A stretch of DNA of 64,000 nt from Eledone cirrhosa (taxonomy: Eukaryota): positions 1,612,001 to 1,676,000 of the forward strand of contig OZ024744.1 in assembly GCA_964016885.1 (NCBI GenBank). The letters run 5' to 3'. The position numbers and the translations under genes are program-made. Under the pieces are notes generated by a model, which saw only the letters and a list, made by a program, of their open reading frames with translations, was not told the origin of the DNA and searched no databases. Positions 61,101 through 64,000 of the stretch are shown piece after piece (position 1 is the stretch's first letter; each line of letters starts with the position of its first letter).

Positions 61101-64000
61101 CTTGTCATCCCTCAAAACTTCGTTCTTCACCAATCTATCTTTCTCTGCCTTGTCTTCCCCCAAAACTTCGTTCTTCACCAAGCTATCTTTCTCTACCTTG
61201 TCTTCACACAAAACTTCGTTCTTCACCAAGCTATCTTTCTCTACCTTGTCTTCCGTCAAAACTTCGTTCTTCACCAAGATATCTTTCTCTACCTTGTCTT
61301 CTCCCAAAACTTCGTTCTTCACCAAGCTATCTTTCTCTACCTTGTCTTCCCTCAAAACGTCGTTCTTCACCAAGCTATCTTTCTCTACCTTGTCTTCCCT
61401 CAAAACATCGTTCTTCACCAAGCTATCTTTCTCTACCTTGTCTTCTCCCAAAACTTCGTTATTCACCAAGCTATCTTTCTCTACCTTGTCTTCCCTCAAA
61501 ACTTCGTTCTTCACCAAGCTATATTTCTCTACCTTGTCTTCCCCCAAAACTTCGTTCTTCACCAAGCTATCTTTCTCTAGCTTGTCTTCACACAAAACTT
61601 CGTTCTTCACCAAGCTATCTTTCTCTACCTTGTCTTCCCACAAAACGTCATTCTTCACCAAGCTATCTTTCTCTACCTTGTCTTCCGTCGAAACTTCGTT
61701 ATTCACCAAGCTATCTTTCTCTACCTTGTCTTCCCTCAAAACTTCGTTCTTCACCAAGCTATCTTTCTCTACCTTGTCTTCCCCCAAAACTTCGTTCTTC
61801 ACCAAGCTATCTTTCTCTAGCTTGTCTTCACACAAAACTTCGTTCTTCACCAAGCTATCTTTCTCTACCTTGTCTTCCCACAAAACGTCATTCTTCACCA
61901 AGCTCTCTTTCTCTACCTTGTCTTCCGTCGAAACTTCGTTCTTCACCAAGATATCTTTCTCTACCTTGTTTTCTCCCAAAACTTCGTTCTTCACCAAGCT
62001 ATCTTTCTCTAGCTTGTCTTCACACAAAACTTCGTTCTTCACCAAGCTATCTTTCTCTACCTTGTCTTCCCACAAAACGTCATTCTTCACCAAGCTATCT
62101 TTCTCTACCTTGTCTTCCGTCGAAACTTCGTTCTTCACCAAGATATCTTTCTCTACCTTGTTTTCTCCCAAAACTTCGTTCTTCAACAAGCTATCTTTCT
62201 CTACCTTGTCTTCCCTCAGAACTTCGTTCTTCAACAAGCTATCTTTCTCTACCTTGTCTTCCCTCAAAACGTCGTTCTTCACCAAGCTATCTTTCTCTAC
62301 CTTGCCTTCCCTCAAAACATCGTTCTTCACCAAGCTATCTTTCTCTACCTTGTCTTCTCCCAAAACTTCGTTATTCACCAAGCTATCTTTCTCTACCTTG
62401 TCTTCCCTCAAAACTTCGTTCTTCACCAAGCTATCTTTCTCTACCTTGTCTTCCCCCAAAACTTCGTTCTTCACCAAGCTATCTTTCTCTACCTTGTCTT
62501 CCCCCAAAACTTCGTTCTTCACCAAGCTATCTTTCTCTACCTTGTCTTTCCCCAAAACTTCTTTCTTCACCAAGTCATCTTTCTCTACCTTGTCATCCCT
62601 CAAAACTTCGTTCTTCACCAATCTATCTTTCTCTGCCTTGTCTTCCCCCAAAACTTCGTTCTTCACCAAGCTATCTTTCTCTACCTTGTCTTCACACAAA
62701 ACTTCGTTCTTCACCAAGCTATCTTTCTCTACCTTGTCTTCCCCCAAAACTTCGTTCTTCACCAAGCTATCTTTCTCTACCTTGTCTTCTCCCAAAACTT
62801 CGTTATTCACCAAGCTATCTTTCTCTACCTTGTCTTCCCTCAAAACTTCGTTCTTCACCAAGCTATCTTTCTCTACCTTGTCTTCTCCCAAAACTTCGTT
62901 ATTCACCAAGCTATCTTTCTCTACCTTGTCTTCCCTCAAACCTTCGTTCTTCACCAAGCTATCTTTCTCTACCTTGTCTTCCCCCAAAACTTCGTTCTTC
63001 ACCAAGCTATCTTTCTCTACCTTGTCTTCCCTCAAAACATCGTTCTTCACCAAGCTATCTTTCTCTACCTTGTCTTCTCCCAAAACTTCGTTATTCACCA
63101 AGCTATCTTTCTCTACCTTGTCTTCCCTCAAAACTTCGTTCTTCACCAAGCTATCTTTCTCTACCTTGTCTTCCCCCAAAACTTCGTTCTTCACCAAGCT
63201 ATCTTTCTCTACCTTGTCTTCCCCCAAAACTTCTTTCTTCACCAAGTCATCTTTCTCTACCTTGTCATCCCTCAAAACTTCTTTCTTCACCAATCTATCT
63301 TTCTCTGCCTTGTCTTCCCCCAAAACTTCGTTCTTCACCAAGCTATCTTTCTCTACCTTGTCTTCACACAAAACTTCGTTCTTCACCAAGCTATCTTTCT
63401 CTACATTGTCTTCCCACAAAACGTCATTCTTCACCAAGCTATCTTTCTCTACCTTGTCTTCCGTCAAAACTTCGTTCTTCACCAAGATATCTTTCTCTAC
63501 CTTGTCTTCTCCCAAAACTTCGTTCTTCACCAAGCTATCTTTCTCTACCTTGTCTTCCCTCAAAACGTCGTTCTTCACCAAGCTATCTTTCTCTACCTTG
63601 TCTTCCCTCAAAACATCGTTCTTCACCAAGCTATCTTTCTCTACCTTGTCTTCTCCCAAAACTTCGTTATTCACCAAGCTATCTTTCTCTACCTTGTCTT
63701 CCCTCAAAACTTCGTTCTTCACCAAGCTATCTTTCTCTACCTTGTCTTCCCCCAAAACTTCGTTCTTCACCAAGCTATCTTTCTCTACCTTGTCTTCCCC
63801 CAAAACTTCGTTCTTCACCAAGCTATCTTTCTCTAGCTTGTCTTCACACAAAACTTCGTTCTTCACCAAGCTATCTTTCTCTACGTTGTCTTCCCACAAA
63901 ACGTCATTCTTCACGAAGCTATCTTTCTCTACCTTGTCTTCCGTCGAAACTTCGTTCTTCACCAAGATATCTTTCTCTACCTTGTTTTCTCCCAAAACTT

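Larger units (their letters stand above)
1..64000. repeat. 48-bp tandem repeat (satellite) array, ~1334 copies, single orientation, open at both window ends
   Basis: Consensus ACCTTGTCTTCCCCCAAAACTTCGTTCTTCACCAAGCTATCTTTCTCT recurs from base 1 to 64000, typically with 0-4 substitutions per copy. All six-frame ORFs are 16-aa periodic. The phase at the window end (monomer start at 63979) fits 1334 monomers with 54 single-base deletions. Confidence 0.99.

Noticed and set aside
196-61580. Plus-strand ORFs (up to 7451 aa) as real genes
   Set aside because: They overlap in all three frames, start almost always at TTG, switch peptide type at each deletion and have no unique domains. They follow from a G-poor strand that lacks stop codons.
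1-64000. CRISPR array (regular short repeats)
   Set aside because: There are no unique spacers, monomers abut directly, and there is no palindromic repeat, leader or cas gene. The variable slot is only 5-6 bp with a few recurring states.
1-64000. Telomeric repeat or G-quadruplex array
   Set aside because: There is only one G5 run per 48 bp on the minus strand, and it is frequently interrupted. There is no short telomere-type unit.

Overview
The entire 64 kb window is one uninterrupted head-to-tail tandem array of a 48-bp monomer (+ strand consensus ACCTTGTCTTCCCCCAAAACTTCGTTCTTCACCAAGCTATCTTTCTCT; about 44% GC, 75% pyrimidine on +). The array runs off both window edges. I saw no unique sequence, inversions, insertions, conventional genes, RNA genes, transposons or CRISPR spacers. 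Phase arithmetic gives 1334 full monomers plus a 22-bp partial one: the last monomer starts at 63979, and 63978 = 1334x48 - 54. This agrees with my hand count of 54 monomers shortened to 47 bp. Monomer variants are ordered into 11-15-monomer higher-order units, which are nested in 2-6.6 kb recent duplications and an apparent ~30 kb A-B-A-B domain pattern. The giant ORFs are mostly a by-product of the monomer, since 48 is divisible by 3 and 4 of the 6 frames lack stops. The one open minus-strand frame encodes a protein-like acidic 16-mer (VEKDSLVKNEVLGEDK) that stays intact for 12.4 kb (23776-36147). The best reading is satellite DNA, probably eukaryotic and possibly derived from a coding repeat. 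I cannot name the organism or the satellite family, and I found no gene-based novel system. All coordinates and counts were made by eye, and block boundaries are approximate to about one monomer.
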